Virus record (IMG/VR): IMGVR_UViG_3300002835_000027
Coordinates: 1-64,000 of that record
Direction: 5' to 3' (one strand)
DNA from: a virus
Taxonomy: Duplodnaviria; Caudoviricetes
DNA length: 64,000 nucleotides
The notes below the pieces were generated by a model. The model made no database searches. It had not been told where the DNA came from and saw only the letters and a list, made by a program, of their open reading frames with translations. The position numbers and the translations under genes are program-made. Numbering within the stretch: the stretch's first letter is position 1; the number at the start of each line of letters is the position of its first letter. Positions 39,273-49,599 of the stretch are shown here, piece after piece.

Positions 39273-40316
39273 TTAAAACATATATGTAATTGATGTAAGT
39301 ATAGTATTTATATCTCGATGTATAGGATCGGTATAATTAAAATTCCAATTGTTAGTTATCGTTCGATGATATTCTATTGCTACAGTTATATTATTAAAAG
39401 TATCAGCTACACCCACAAATGCATCGAATAATTTAGTAGTATCGTTTTCTCGATATCCATATGATTCACCAATATAAGTTTTCCATTTATCTATAAAATT
39501 ATAAGATACGGTCGAATATTGGCCTACTACATTAGTTGATGCATTTAGTTGTCTATACGTAACTTCACTCTGAATTTTAAAATCGTCAATTATTTGCTGA
39601 ATACCAAAAAAATGCATATGTTGATAGGTATTTAAATCAATAATTTGTTTAAAAAATGGAGGGTTGATATTATTTACTGTACCTTCCGAATCGGTATATG
39701 AATATCGTATAACAGTATCATCGTAACATATTTTAGCATTAAATCCGAATGCTATATTACCTTTTACTATAAATGAAAAACCGGGATCATAAACATCAAT
39801 TAATGGGTTATCTATTACTGGTTTACCGACGTACGCTTTTAATTTTAAATGCAATCTATCATTAACCTGAATATTATCATTTATTGCTAACCCGTCTACT
39901 ATATCTGGTAAATTTAAATATCGTCTAGGATCGTAAGTGCTTAATGGTAATAAAATAGAGCCATTTATAAATGAATTAGTTGTCGAAGTATTAATAAATC
40001 CGACTGGAATAGTCATGCGTCCAAAATTTAATTCGAATTGATTGGTATCGGTCGTATATATCGCCGTCGATATCATTAATCGTCGCAACGGATTATATGG
40101 ATTATTAGAAACTTGGGATGATAAAATCCACGAATTATTTGAAATATCTCCGTTTATTACTACACTAAAATCATTATTGCTAGGATTGATATCGCTAGTA
40201 GCATAGCCGTAATTAACAAAACCGGACATATTAATAAGATAATCTTTATAGTTATAGGTTATACCATAACTATTAACTGATAAACTAATCAGTAATATTA
40301 ATAATTTGTACTTCAT
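39273..40316 (-). CDS. Outer-membrane beta-barrel (porin-like) protein
   Basis: Signal peptide; SGFVNYGYA; GRMTIP; alternating hydrophobic strands; terminal TSITYMF beta-signal. Confidence 0.72.
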   Translation of the reverse strand: MKYKLLILLISLSVNSYGITYNYKDYLINMSGFVNYGYATSDINPSNNDFSVVINGDISNNSWILSSQVSNNPYNPLRRLMISTAIYTTDTNQFELNFGRMTIPVGFINTSTTNSFINGSILLPLSTYDPRRYLNLPDIVDGLAINDNIQVNDRLHLKLKAYVGKPVIDNPLIDVYDPGFSFIVKGNIAFGFNAKICYDDTVIRYSYTDSEGTVNNINPPFFKQIIDLNTYQHMHFFGIQQIIDDFKIQSEVTYRQLNASTNVVGQYSTVSYNFIDKWKTYIGESYGYRENDTTKLFDAFVGVADTFNNITVAIEYHRTITNNWNFNYTDPIHRDINTILTSITYMF

Positions 40317-40707
40317 TGCTATTCTTCATCGTATCGGTTGAAAGTATGTACGTGATCGCACCACTAATATGTTTAACAATATCTATGGCTTCAGCCATAG
40401 ATTTTACTACTATAACATGTTTAGCGTCACCTTGTAATATTTTATCATTAACAACCACATTAAAATTATATGGCGTTATTCTCAATATCGAAGATACAAA
40501 TAATAAATGTAACGGATCTTCGAATGATATAAATACGGGAGTAATAGGAATACCATTATTCCAGTACTGTGTTTTCAACATAAATATAGATTGAACTTCG
40601 TACCGGTATAATTTTTTTTGTGGAATGGCTGGATTATTGATAATAATAACATCACCCCATACATTGAGAGACATTACCAACAATAATATGGCAATCACTT
40701 TCATCAC
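40285..40707 (-). CDS. Small periplasmic binding-protein-like protein (short 'phosphate ABC substrate-binding' type)
   Basis: Signal peptide; VIIIN.P.....L....VQSIFM.K...W.NG.PI.PV; AIDIV..ISGAITYI. Confidence 0.72.
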   Translation of the reverse strand: MMKVIAILLLVMSLNVWGDVIIINNPAIPQKKLYRYEVQSIFMLKTQYWNNGIPITPVFISFEDPLHLLFVSSILRITPYNFNVVVNDKILQGDAKHVIVVKSMAEAIDIVKHISGAITYILSTDTMKNSNEVQIINITD

Positions 40708-40857
40708 CTAATATCCTTTTATGTGAAAAAATTAATTTAAAGTGTATATCGTTATGATATCGCAATTGATGTATGTATAAATATAATAATACATTAGATA
40801 TATTACATATTTATCAAAACACTAGATAAATCCCGAATTAAATTTGCGAGTATACAA

Positions 40858-42228
40858 ATGAAGCTACCATTTAGACAAGGTATCGTTAAATATACGGTGG
40901 ATAATAATAAAACACCGACCTTCCTTTATACAGATAACCGCAGTAATTATATTTCATTAACTGCAAAAATTAACAATGTTTTAATTGCATTTGCACATAA
41001 TGATGTTAATTACTTATATGAGGAAACAACCAATATTGCGAATGCATGGGGTCCGTTTGCTAACAATATAAAATATTGGATGTATTGGGATATCGATGTA
41101 AAAACTGGATTTCGCTCATTTGGTAGTACCGCTATTGAACCAGTAATTGGTTCAACTCCGCCGGCTGTTAAAAAAATATCAGAATATGGTAATGCCGCAT
41201 TAATTGATATTGATACTCATTGGTTCGATTTAACTAGAACTGGCATGTATGTTTGGGATGGCGAACATTGGATTAATAAAATTCGATTATTTGCCGGAAC
41301 TTATCATAATATGGCTATCACGACATATGCCTTATCATCACAAGTTGGTATATTTAATGATTGTGATGCGGGTTTTATTATTTTTAATGATAATAATACA
41401 CCTAGACATAGAGCTAGAGATGATGGGACTTATAAGTTTTTAACATCGGATACTCCATTCTACGAATCAGGTTTGATGACTGATTCAGTAAGTTTGCAAC
41501 CAATTATAAAATTTAATAAAGCAACCGAAATTATACCGAGATATAGTTTAGTCGCACTAACAACAAATAGTAATATTAAATTAGCGTCGTGGGATGATAC
41601 TGAATATAATGCAGCTATTGGTATTACTCAGCTTAATTTGGGCGTAAATGAAACTGGATTGGTTTATAATCATATTTACGTAAAAAATCCGGCTTGGAAT
41701 TGGGTTGGTTTATTAAACGAACCGATTTATTTGGGGTTAGATGGTCAAATTTCGACCACTCCGCCAGTAACTGGTTTTACTCAACGAGTCGGCACCATAG
41801 TTTCGTTAGATACTGTTTATATTGATACTACATTTCAAGTAGTTTATAATGATGTTGCGTTAGGTAGCAGCGTCGTACCATTAAGTTTTGATACGATAAA
41901 TGGTAAATTATATACTTCGTTTATAAATGATACTCATCAATCTAGTTTCATTTCATATTTAGTTTACGGAAATTCTTATAGACAACGAAAACCAAATAAT
42001 GTATGGATTTTAGTTCATGATTCGAAATTACCTAACTTTTTAGTTCAAGTTTATGATGATATGGGGGCAGTAATTTTACCCGAAAATATTCAGCATACAA
42101 CTAAAATTATTTCTATTACTGATAATAATACGATTCCAAAAATTAATCGTGACGTTCCGGCTAGTCATACCATCGTCATTACGTTCAGCAAAAAAGTCTC
42201 TGGTATCGCCCAGTTATTTTTATTTTAA
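40858..42228 (+). CDS. Virion structural protein, paralogue A
   Basis: Colinear with 42255 ORF (RQGI, FAH...NYL.EE, AWGPF, YWD....TG.R.FG, HWF, IRLFAG, YLG..G, Q..GT.VS.DT); TATAAATA at 40776. Confidence 0.7.
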   Translation: MKLPFRQGIVKYTVDNNKTPTFLYTDNRSNYISLTAKINNVLIAFAHNDVNYLYEETTNIANAWGPFANNIKYWMYWDIDVKTGFRSFGSTAIEPVIGSTPPAVKKISEYGNAALIDIDTHWFDLTRTGMYVWDGEHWINKIRLFAGTYHNMAITTYALSSQVGIFNDCDAGFIIFNDNNTPRHRARDDGTYKFLTSDTPFYESGLMTDSVSLQPIIKFNKATEIIPRYSLVALTTNSNIKLASWDDTEYNAAIGITQLNLGVNETGLVYNHIYVKNPAWNWVGLLNEPIYLGLDGQISTTPPVTGFTQRVGTIVSLDTVYIDTTFQVVYNDVALGSSVVPLSFDTINGKLYTSFINDTHQSSFISYLVYGNSYRQRKPNNVWILVHDSKLPNFLVQVYDDMGAVILPENIQHTTKIISITDNNTIPKINRDVPASHTIVITFSKKVSGIAQLFLF

Positions 42229-42254
42229 TAAATTTGTAAAATAAGGTCTACCAC

Positions 42255-43859
42255 ATGAAAATATCTTATAGACAAGGTATCATTAAAAGTCAATTAACTG
42301 CAGTTAATGGCGAACAAATACCAGCGTTTTTAATAAAAGATGATTTAACTAATTATATTAAATTATACGTTAATGCATCATCTACTATTGTTACTTTTGC
42401 TCACGGTAATGCGAATTACTTATTTGAAGAATCTAATACAATTGAACATGCTTGGGGTCCATTTACACCTCCATTAAAAGCATCATATTGGTTATATTGG
42501 GATTTAAATATTGAAACTGGTATTCGTACTTTTGGCCATACAACATTAGTTCCTATTATTTCAAACGTAGCTCCAGTTTATCCAGAAACCGACCAACATT
42601 GGTTTAATAAAGCTGATAATATTATGTATGTTTGGAATGGGTTAGGTTGGACTGAAACTATTCGTTTATTTGCCGGTATATACAGCGGAAATAAAATTAC
42701 GCCTTATAAATTAGAATCACAAGTTAATTTAACTGGAAATATTTACGCCGGCTTTATTTTATTCGACGATGAAAATTTACCAATCAAAAAAACAAATTCT
42801 AATCATTTTTTAACAACTGAAACTCAATTTTATACGACTAAATCAAATACAAGTCCAGTAAAATTTGATACGACTACAGTTTATGTAAAGGCTGCTGAAA
42901 ATATTCCAGAATATAAAGCAGTTGCTTATTATGATGATGATTCTATTATGTTAGCTAGTTATACGGATCAATATCATAGACCAGCCGCTGGTTTAATTAA
43001 AAATGAAACTTTTAAAGATCAAACAACTGCGATTGTTTCTGATGGCTATATTACTAACGTAGCTTGGGATTGGAGTGGAGTTCCTGTATCGACGCCATTA
43101 TATTTAGGCCAACACGGTACATTACAATTATTACCTCCGAAATCAGGTTTTGTTCAAAAAATCGGAACCGTCGTTTCTGCAGATACTATTTTATTAAATA
43201 TTGAATCTCAGATTATCTACAATACAGCAGATCATATTAATTTTTCAATACCGGTCGCAATCGATACGGTATCTGGTAAATTATATACATCGTATCCAAA
43301 TAACCAAACATTACCGACAGTCACTGCCGAACCAAATATTATGGTTAATGGAGTTAATGCTCCGGTTCCGGCTCCTGATAGCACTGCAAATACGATGCAA
43401 TTTGCAGGTTATACCTATATTCAAAAAACAGCTTTAGATGTTTGGACGTTAGGTCATAATTTAGCGACAACTAAAGTATTTGTTCAAGTTTACGATACTG
43501 ATGGTTCATATATTGTTCCAGAACATATTATCGTCGCCGATGCAAATAATATTAAAGTAATATTTAATGAACCGACTAGTGGTACAGCTCAAGTTGTGTT
43601 ATTCTTAAAACCTGGGGCGGTTGATGTTATTAGTGTTGATACTCCGGTTTATGAATATTCGCAACAAACACCGTCGAATAATTGGATTATTAATCATGGT
43701 ATTAGTGAAATTCCTATTACTAGAGTGTTTATTGAGGATTTAGCGAATTTAGGAACTTATATTGTGATTCATCCATTGCGAATCATACATAATAAGTCGT
43801 CTAAACAGACTATTATTAAATTTAATAAACCGACGGTCGGTAAAGTTCGATTTATATAA
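42255..43859 (+). CDS. Virion structural protein, paralogue B, with two C-terminal W-x-I-x-H modules
   Basis: Paralogue of the 40858 ORF; VWTLGHNL and NWIINHGI modules. Confidence 0.7.
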   Translation: MKISYRQGIIKSQLTAVNGEQIPAFLIKDDLTNYIKLYVNASSTIVTFAHGNANYLFEESNTIEHAWGPFTPPLKASYWLYWDLNIETGIRTFGHTTLVPIISNVAPVYPETDQHWFNKADNIMYVWNGLGWTETIRLFAGIYSGNKITPYKLESQVNLTGNIYAGFILFDDENLPIKKTNSNHFLTTETQFYTTKSNTSPVKFDTTTVYVKAAENIPEYKAVAYYDDDSIMLASYTDQYHRPAAGLIKNETFKDQTTAIVSDGYITNVAWDWSGVPVSTPLYLGQHGTLQLLPPKSGFVQKIGTVVSADTILLNIESQIIYNTADHINFSIPVAIDTVSGKLYTSYPNNQTLPTVTAEPNIMVNGVNAPVPAPDSTANTMQFAGYTYIQKTALDVWTLGHNLATTKVFVQVYDTDGSYIVPEHIIVADANNIKVIFNEPTSGTAQVVLFLKPGAVDVISVDTPVYEYSQQTPSNNWIINHGISEIPITRVFIEDLANLGTYIVIHPLRIIHNKSSKQTIIKFNKPTVGKVRFI

Positions 43860-43900
43860 ATATTAGCACGCAAGCATCCATTTAATTTTTAGGAGATAAT

Positions 43901-44131
43901 ATGGCTTGGAATCCAATAAGTAAACAATACAATCCAGATATTCCAGAAGCAGTTTGGATTATAGATCATGGTTTAGATACCTCAGTTCCAGCAATAGATT
44001 GCTGGGTTAAATTGAACCCGGCGGTGGAAGAATATACTGCGATAATTCCGTTAGAAACTCGAGTGGTAGATAACAATACAGTACATATTTCCTTTTCGAG
44101 TCCTTTATTAGGCACCGCAAAAATATATTAA
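43901..44131 (+). CDS. Stand-alone W-x-I-x-H beta module protein
   Basis: VWIIDHGL...IIP......NTVHISFSSP..GTAK; AGGAG RBS; TATAAATA at 43855. Confidence 0.75.
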   Translation: MAWNPISKQYNPDIPEAVWIIDHGLDTSVPAIDCWVKLNPAVEEYTAIIPLETRVVDNNTVHISFSSPLLGTAKIY

Positions 44132-44143
44132 TAGGGATTTAAA

Positions 44144-44356
44144 ATGGCCGTACAATCTTTTTTCTTTGATACTCCAGCTACTGAATGGCAAGTTCAACAT
44201 AACTTTAACAGTCATTTTGTTAATATTGATGTTGTTGTTTTTTATAATAGTGCTTGGGAAACCATATTACCAACTGATATTAAATCACTTAATGCGAATA
44301 CAACATTGGTTACCTTTACTACGCCAATGACTGGTTTAGCTCGCGTAGCGTATTAA
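44144..44356 (+). CDS. Stand-alone W-x-I-x-H beta module protein
   Basis: EWQVQHNF...ILP......NTTLVTFTTP.TGLAR. Confidence 0.75.
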   Translation: MAVQSFFFDTPATEWQVQHNFNSHFVNIDVVVFYNSAWETILPTDIKSLNANTTLVTFTTPMTGLARVAY

Positions 44357-44378
44357 TTACAGAACTATTAATGATTAT

Positions 44379-45464
44379 ATGCAACCAAATAATATAACAG
44401 TAGATATTGAAGGTAGATGTATTATTTCCGACGATTTAGGGATTATACATCTAAATAAAACAAATTCATTACATTGCCAAAATTTATCTAGAGCTTTGAC
44501 TCGAGGATTGGCTTATGAAAATAATGCTCATATTCATAGAATAGCGTTTGGAAATGGCGGAACTTATTTAGACGCCGCATATAATACTATTAAAAATAAA
44601 CCAAATAATGGTCTATCGCCTGATTTGGCTGGATATAAATCTAGATTATATAATGAAATATATTCGGAAATTATATCAGCCAATGAAGATTTGGGTGCTG
44701 GGTTAGGTACTTACGCAGCTAGTGATCCGACTAATGGTTCTGGTGTTATAAGTAATGAATTATATGATGAGGAACCGCCATATTCTCAAGTAATATTAAC
44801 TTGCGTTATTAATAAAAATGAGCCTAGTGGTCAATATCTAACCCAGATTTCAAATGATTCGTCTAATACTACGTTTGAATTTGATGAAATTGCATTATTT
44901 GTTGGTGGTGCCGATTCTGAAATGGCGACTAGTGGATATCAATCAATCACTATAAGCACTCCTAATTTATTTGTAAATTCCGGATTAAAACGCAATAAAA
45001 GTTATGATTTATCTTTAAATATCAATGGGGCGATAAAGCAATATAGCATTTATACTGGCCCATTAAAAGCTGATAATAATATTAATTTTGCTGAAATGGT
45101 TGTTATATTAAGACAATACATAAAAGGTATTTCGATTGATATGAGTGATACTGCAGCTACTGCACTATTCGGTTATTTGGTATTTAAAGGTAAAACGGTA
45201 AGTACTAATTCATTATTATCAACCATATCTATAGTCGAAGATCATGATAATCTTAATTGGTTATTTAATAATATCCCGTTAATGACTAGTATAAATGAGC
45301 CGGTTGCTGGTACGGTTGCTAGCGTAGCGAATAATAGAAATAATCCATCTCAAGAATTATCTAGAATGCTAACTCATTTAATTTTAGATAGACCAATTAA
45401 AAAATCAGCAGATCGTATTTTTATAATTAAGTATATACTAAATATTAGAATTCGAGGTAAATAA
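44379..45464 (+). CDS. Baseplate/fibre-attachment protein, paralogue 1
   Basis: I.G.C.I.DD, N..H..N, FGNGGTY, LYNE, FEFDEIALF, RMLTH, PIKKSADR.F.IKY shared with the next two ORFs. Confidence 0.65.
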   Translation: MQPNNITVDIEGRCIISDDLGIIHLNKTNSLHCQNLSRALTRGLAYENNAHIHRIAFGNGGTYLDAAYNTIKNKPNNGLSPDLAGYKSRLYNEIYSEIISANEDLGAGLGTYAASDPTNGSGVISNELYDEEPPYSQVILTCVINKNEPSGQYLTQISNDSSNTTFEFDEIALFVGGADSEMATSGYQSITISTPNLFVNSGLKRNKSYDLSLNINGAIKQYSIYTGPLKADNNINFAEMVVILRQYIKGISIDMSDTAATALFGYLVFKGKTVSTNSLLSTISIVEDHDNLNWLFNNIPLMTSINEPVAGTVASVANNRNNPSQELSRMLTHLILDRPIKKSADRIFIIKYILNIRIRGK

Positions 45465-45465
45465 T

Positions 45466-46500
45466 ATGAAAAATAATTTACCCGTTACTATTACTGGACA
45501 TTGCTTAATTACTGATGATTTAGATAATGTCCATTTAAACCAATCTAATGCTATTCATTCTCCTAATATGTCGCAAATTATTGCAAGAATATTATCGAGG
45601 GAAGGTAATAGTTCTGTTGCTCGAATTGGTTTAGGTAACGGGGGAACTTATTATGATACGATATCGAAATCAACGACATTAAAATATAAACACGTTCGAG
45701 ATGGATTACCACCGGCTGATATGGGGTGGAATTCAACCTTATATAATGAAACATTATCTATTACTAATTTTAATATGTATAGTGTGGATAATGATAGATT
45801 ATCTCAAGTTATAATTGAATTTAAATTAGATAACTTTAATTTACCGACTCAATTGATTAGAAATATTAATGATTATATTCCATTAAAATTAAATGAACCT
45901 TTTGTTTTTAATGAAATTGGTTTATTTAGTGGGGGTTTACCATTAAAACCTACTCATGGATATCAGACCGTTCGATTATCGACTGATAGTTTAGATAATA
46001 TATGTATTGATGCCGGTAATTATGAATATATTATCGTAATAGATGATGGAGAACCGCGGTTAATATCATTAAATATTTTAAAATCAATAACTTATTTAGA
46101 ATTAATTGATTTGCTGAATATTGATTTAGCTAAATATAATGCAACTGCCTCGATAATCTGCTATAACGATGGTAGTATTATAAACAGTTATATTAAAATT
46201 CAGAGTAATAATGTTAGTAAATATTCAAAAGTAAATATTAAAAAAATACATCCGGTTAATAATTGGTTATTTGGCTCATTAAAACATTATTCCGAATTAA
46301 ATAAACCAATAAATGGTAAATCGGCGGGGATGAGAAACCATCCATTAGATCCAGCAAAAGAAAGTGAACGATTATTAACTCATATTATCTTTTCACCAGT
46401 CTTAAAATCAAACAGTCGAACTTTTAATATACGATATACTTTAACTATACATACTAAAAAATCAGAAAATAAAGATAAACAAGTATTGGTGATAATATGA
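45466..46500 (+). CDS. Baseplate/fibre-attachment protein, paralogue 2
   Basis: Same motifs: LGNGGTY, LYNE, FVFNEIGLF, RLLTHIIFSPVLKSNSR. Confidence 0.65.
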   Translation: MKNNLPVTITGHCLITDDLDNVHLNQSNAIHSPNMSQIIARILSREGNSSVARIGLGNGGTYYDTISKSTTLKYKHVRDGLPPADMGWNSTLYNETLSITNFNMYSVDNDRLSQVIIEFKLDNFNLPTQLIRNINDYIPLKLNEPFVFNEIGLFSGGLPLKPTHGYQTVRLSTDSLDNICIDAGNYEYIIVIDDGEPRLISLNILKSITYLELIDLLNIDLAKYNATASIICYNDGSIINSYIKIQSNNVSKYSKVNIKKIHPVNNWLFGSLKHYSELNKPINGKSAGMRNHPLDPAKESERLLTHIIFSPVLKSNSRTFNIRYTLTIHTKKSENKDKQVLVII

Positions 46501-47771
46501 GTTATAATGTTAATATACTGGGTCATTGTAAAATATTAGACGACAATAACAATGTAATATTAGACCAAAAAAACGATATACATCCAGCTAATATGGCTAG
46601 AATAATATCTCGCGGTCTCGCCGGCGAACAAAATCACTGGATTAGTAGCTTAAAACTGGGCGATATGGGTTCTTATCCAACTAACGATGGTATTATACAC
46701 CGAAGCGCTAATGATGGGTTAGAGCCGGATTATAATGGTTGGAGATCCTCATTATATAATCAAACTTATACTAAATATATCGATAATACTAATTTAACTA
46801 TTAGAAGTATAGAATCGGCTAATTCAAATTTCGGATTACCACTTACAGATCCATTATTTAATGCTGGTAGTATCAATGCTAATAATTCGAGTTTAGAAAT
46901 TAACCTATTATTAGATTCGGATGAACCATTTCATCAGCAAGATGGTGGGGTTTATGTATTTGATGAATTAGCTTTATATTCCGGATTATCGAATTATAAA
47001 AATTCTAGTTCTCATATAATATTATTAAATTTAACTGAGGATTCGGAACATCCGAATCTAATTAATAATCATGATTATATATTAGATATCAAAATAAATG
47101 GTGTTATTCGCCAATATACGATAACAACACTAAAATACGGGACTGGCATCAATTATAGATGCACATATTTAGATTTAATTGAATCATTAACTAATGCAGT
47201 TTATGATCCGACTTTTTTAATTCAAGTATCTTTTAATAAATTAGCTGGTTCTATTACTTTTTATAGTCCGAGTAGTATAATAGAAATAGTTCAATCTAAT
47301 GATAAAAACTGGTTATTTAATATATCTAGTTTTAATGGATTTGGTTTAAAATCAGTTACTAATAATAATATTGCGGAATTAGAACTCGAACAAACCGATA
47401 AAAATAATATAAGCAATCCATTAAAAGAAGCACCTCGTTTATTAACTCATATGACGTTTAATCCAGTTAGAAAACCAGCATTAAGTAATTATTATCTTAC
47501 TTATTGTATTGATATTCTAGTTGATAGAACAGATCCGGTTTCAGATGATTATACGATACCAGATGATTATCGAGTCACCAGTCCGTTTATATTTCATGCA
47601 GTAACTAGTTCTAATAGATGGACTATAAATCATAATTTAGGATATTATCCAAAAATTAATGTTTTTATTAATGATATTTTATATACGACATATCAAACAT
47701 CATATCCATCTGTTGATTCTATCGTATTAATTTTTGCTACGCCACAAATAGGCGTAGCAAAATTAGTTTAA
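46497..47771 (+). CDS. Baseplate/fibre-attachment protein, paralogue 3, with C-terminal W-x-I-x-H module
   Basis: Same motifs (YVFDELALY, RLLTHMTFNPVRK) plus RWTINHNLGYYP. Confidence 0.65.
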   Translation: MSYNVNILGHCKILDDNNNVILDQKNDIHPANMARIISRGLAGEQNHWISSLKLGDMGSYPTNDGIIHRSANDGLEPDYNGWRSSLYNQTYTKYIDNTNLTIRSIESANSNFGLPLTDPLFNAGSINANNSSLEINLLLDSDEPFHQQDGGVYVFDELALYSGLSNYKNSSSHIILLNLTEDSEHPNLINNHDYILDIKINGVIRQYTITTLKYGTGINYRCTYLDLIESLTNAVYDPTFLIQVSFNKLAGSITFYSPSSIIEIVQSNDKNWLFNISSFNGFGLKSVTNNNIAELELEQTDKNNISNPLKEAPRLLTHMTFNPVRKPALSNYYLTYCIDILVDRTDPVSDDYTIPDDYRVTSPFIFHAVTSSNRWTINHNLGYYPKINVFINDILYTTYQTSYPSVDSIVLIFATPQIGVAKLV

Positions 47772-47774
47772 CAA

Positions 47775-48206
47775 TTATTTAGTTTTTGTTGGTTTTGCTA
47801 CTGCATCGAAACTAGGGGCGACTTCGGGCGCAACTTCTGGTGCTTGAAATGGTGCTTGTGTTGATGCTTGTTGGGGTGTATATGCGGCCTGCTGATTACT
47901 ACCGAATGGTAAAATATGACCATTTGTAGTTTTATGTTTTACTAATTGATTAAAAAATTCTAGAGCATTAGCACCATTACCTAAAGTATGCTGTTCTAAA
48001 ACTTTCCATAATTGATCATGCAATTGCGTATTTCTATTTTTTAAAATTTTGCGCAATCTTGATTTATCAATACGATCTAATGCATTTAATGGGAAATAAT
48101 AAACGTCGCCCGATGGTGCGCGGTTCATAATTGCACATTCAGTTAACATACCGTTTGCGTCTAGATCTAACCATTCAACGAATGGATATGGTGATTGAGG
48201 ATTCAT
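47775..48206 (-). CDS. Hypothetical protein
   Basis: Start moved to the ATG after GGAG; late-promoter core at 48237-48243; Ala/Pro-rich tail. Confidence 0.7.
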   Translation of the reverse strand: MNPQSPYPFVEWLDLDANGMLTECAIMNRAPSGDVYYFPLNALDRIDKSRLRKILKNRNTQLHDQLWKVLEQHTLGNGANALEFFNQLVKHKTTNGHILPFGSNQQAAYTPQQASTQAPFQAPEVAPEVAPSFDAVAKPTKTK

Positions 48207-48299
48207 GTAAAACTCCATATAAAATAATAATGTCATTATTTATAACGGTATTTTTTGGGTGAAAAATAAATAGAATATTACAATTAACGGTGAACTTAT

Positions 48300-48614
48300 A
48301 TGGATGAAATAAATTTATTAATACTAAAAATATTAGTTTCGTACCAAGCTATTTTTTCGTATGGTGTTATTATAGGTATGATTGGGCATTACGCTAAAAA
48401 GAAAATTAAAGAAGAAACTGAGGTTAAACTTTCTGAGTGGTTCGGTAGTGTCGGTTTATATGGAACTATTAGTTCAATTAGTGCCGCATTTATGGCTATA
48501 TTAGGGGCGTTATCAAATGGTTTGATAACGCCTGATATGAGTATCTACTCGTTGCTTTATATCGGATTAACTACTGGATATACGGTAGATTCATCTTTAA
48601 ATAACGACAAATAG
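48300..48614 (+). CDS. Small multi-TM membrane protein, holin candidate
   Basis: About three hydrophobic segments with a KKKIK loop; ATAAATA at 48266. Confidence 0.55.
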   Translation: MDEINLLILKILVSYQAIFSYGVIIGMIGHYAKKKIKEETEVKLSEWFGSVGLYGTISSISAAFMAILGALSNGLITPDMSIYSLLYIGLTTGYTVDSSLNNDK

Positions 48615-48615
48615 C

Positions 48616-49599
48616 TTATTTCAACGATAACATCGGTATATACGAATCAATAGCTTTACTAATATTTTTTAATTCGTATTTACCCAATACTTTTAAAAAT
48701 TTAAAATGATCGTACTTACCGATGTTATTAAATCCAGCTTCGATAGTATCCCACATAATTTGTTGGATATCTTCCGGCTGATGAGTTAAATTAGTTAATA
48801 ATTTATTTTCATTAACTGCAGTTCCAACCGTAATAGTTCTACCATCAGCATCAGTCCATTCAGAATTCATCAAATTCGTATGCAAATATGGATCGTAAAA
48901 TGCTTCTTTGATCTTCTTTTTTCTATATCTAGGATAAGCCGACGGAACATTATCTCCAGAATCTCCAGTCATAGCTTTTTCATATAAGTAATAATCAACT
49001 GAATCAAAACCACAATCTTCAACGTATCTATTATTCCCAGTAGCTGGATCGATTAATTGAACGTTTTTATATCTTAGTAATTGTAACATATCTTTATCGG
49101 TACTAATTACGGTAACACAATGATTATCATATAATGTAGTTTCAGTGCTTCTATTATCACTCGCGGTATCATCACCGCCATATTTTCTACAAATGCCGGC
49201 AATAAGATCATCAGCTTCTAAACCATCCGCGGCTAAACAAACAATAGATGTACAATCTTGAATTATCTGTTCAAATGTAGTAATAAATGATTTATACATT
49301 TGATATAATTCGATTTGAGTAGGTGTCATTGATTGTCTGCGATGACCTTTATATAGTTTTTTCATATACGCATCTTCAGATTGAGTATATTCTTTACGCC
49401 AAGGAGTTCTATCGAAAACGAATATCATCTTATGTGGTTTATATGTTCGATAATACTTATTAGTCATACCGAAACCGGTATTGAACGCTAATTTCATTAA
49501 TAAATCTTTATCCAATTCTCTACTATTTACATAAAACGCCTTATATAAAATAGTTGACATATCAAAAACTAATAAATGCTGTTTATCTATCGTATTCAT
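48616..49599 (-). CDS. rnh: T4-type RNase H / 5'-3' flap exonuclease
   Basis: VFD, WRK, YKGHR, LEADDLIA, ISTDKDMLQL, GDSGDNVP. Confidence 0.93.
   Translation of the reverse strand: MNTIDKQHLLVFDMSTILYKAFYVNSRELDKDLLMKLAFNTGFGMTNKYYRTYKPHKMIFVFDRTPWRKEYTQSEDAYMKKLYKGHRRQSMTPTQIELYQMYKSFITTFEQIIQDCTSIVCLAADGLEADDLIAGICRKYGGDDTASDNRSTETTLYDNHCVTVISTDKDMLQLLRYKNVQLIDPATGNNRYVEDCGFDSVDYYLYEKAMTGDSGDNVPSAYPRYRKKKIKEAFYDPYLHTNLMNSEWTDADGRTITVGTAVNENKLLTNLTHQPEDIQQIMWDTIEAGFNNIGKYDHFKFLKVLGKYELKNISKAIDSYIPMLSLK

Noticed and set aside
47810-47850. APEVAPEVAP short repeat (and the poly-Gly run near 56120-56160)
   Set aside because: Ordinary low-complexity protein linkers.
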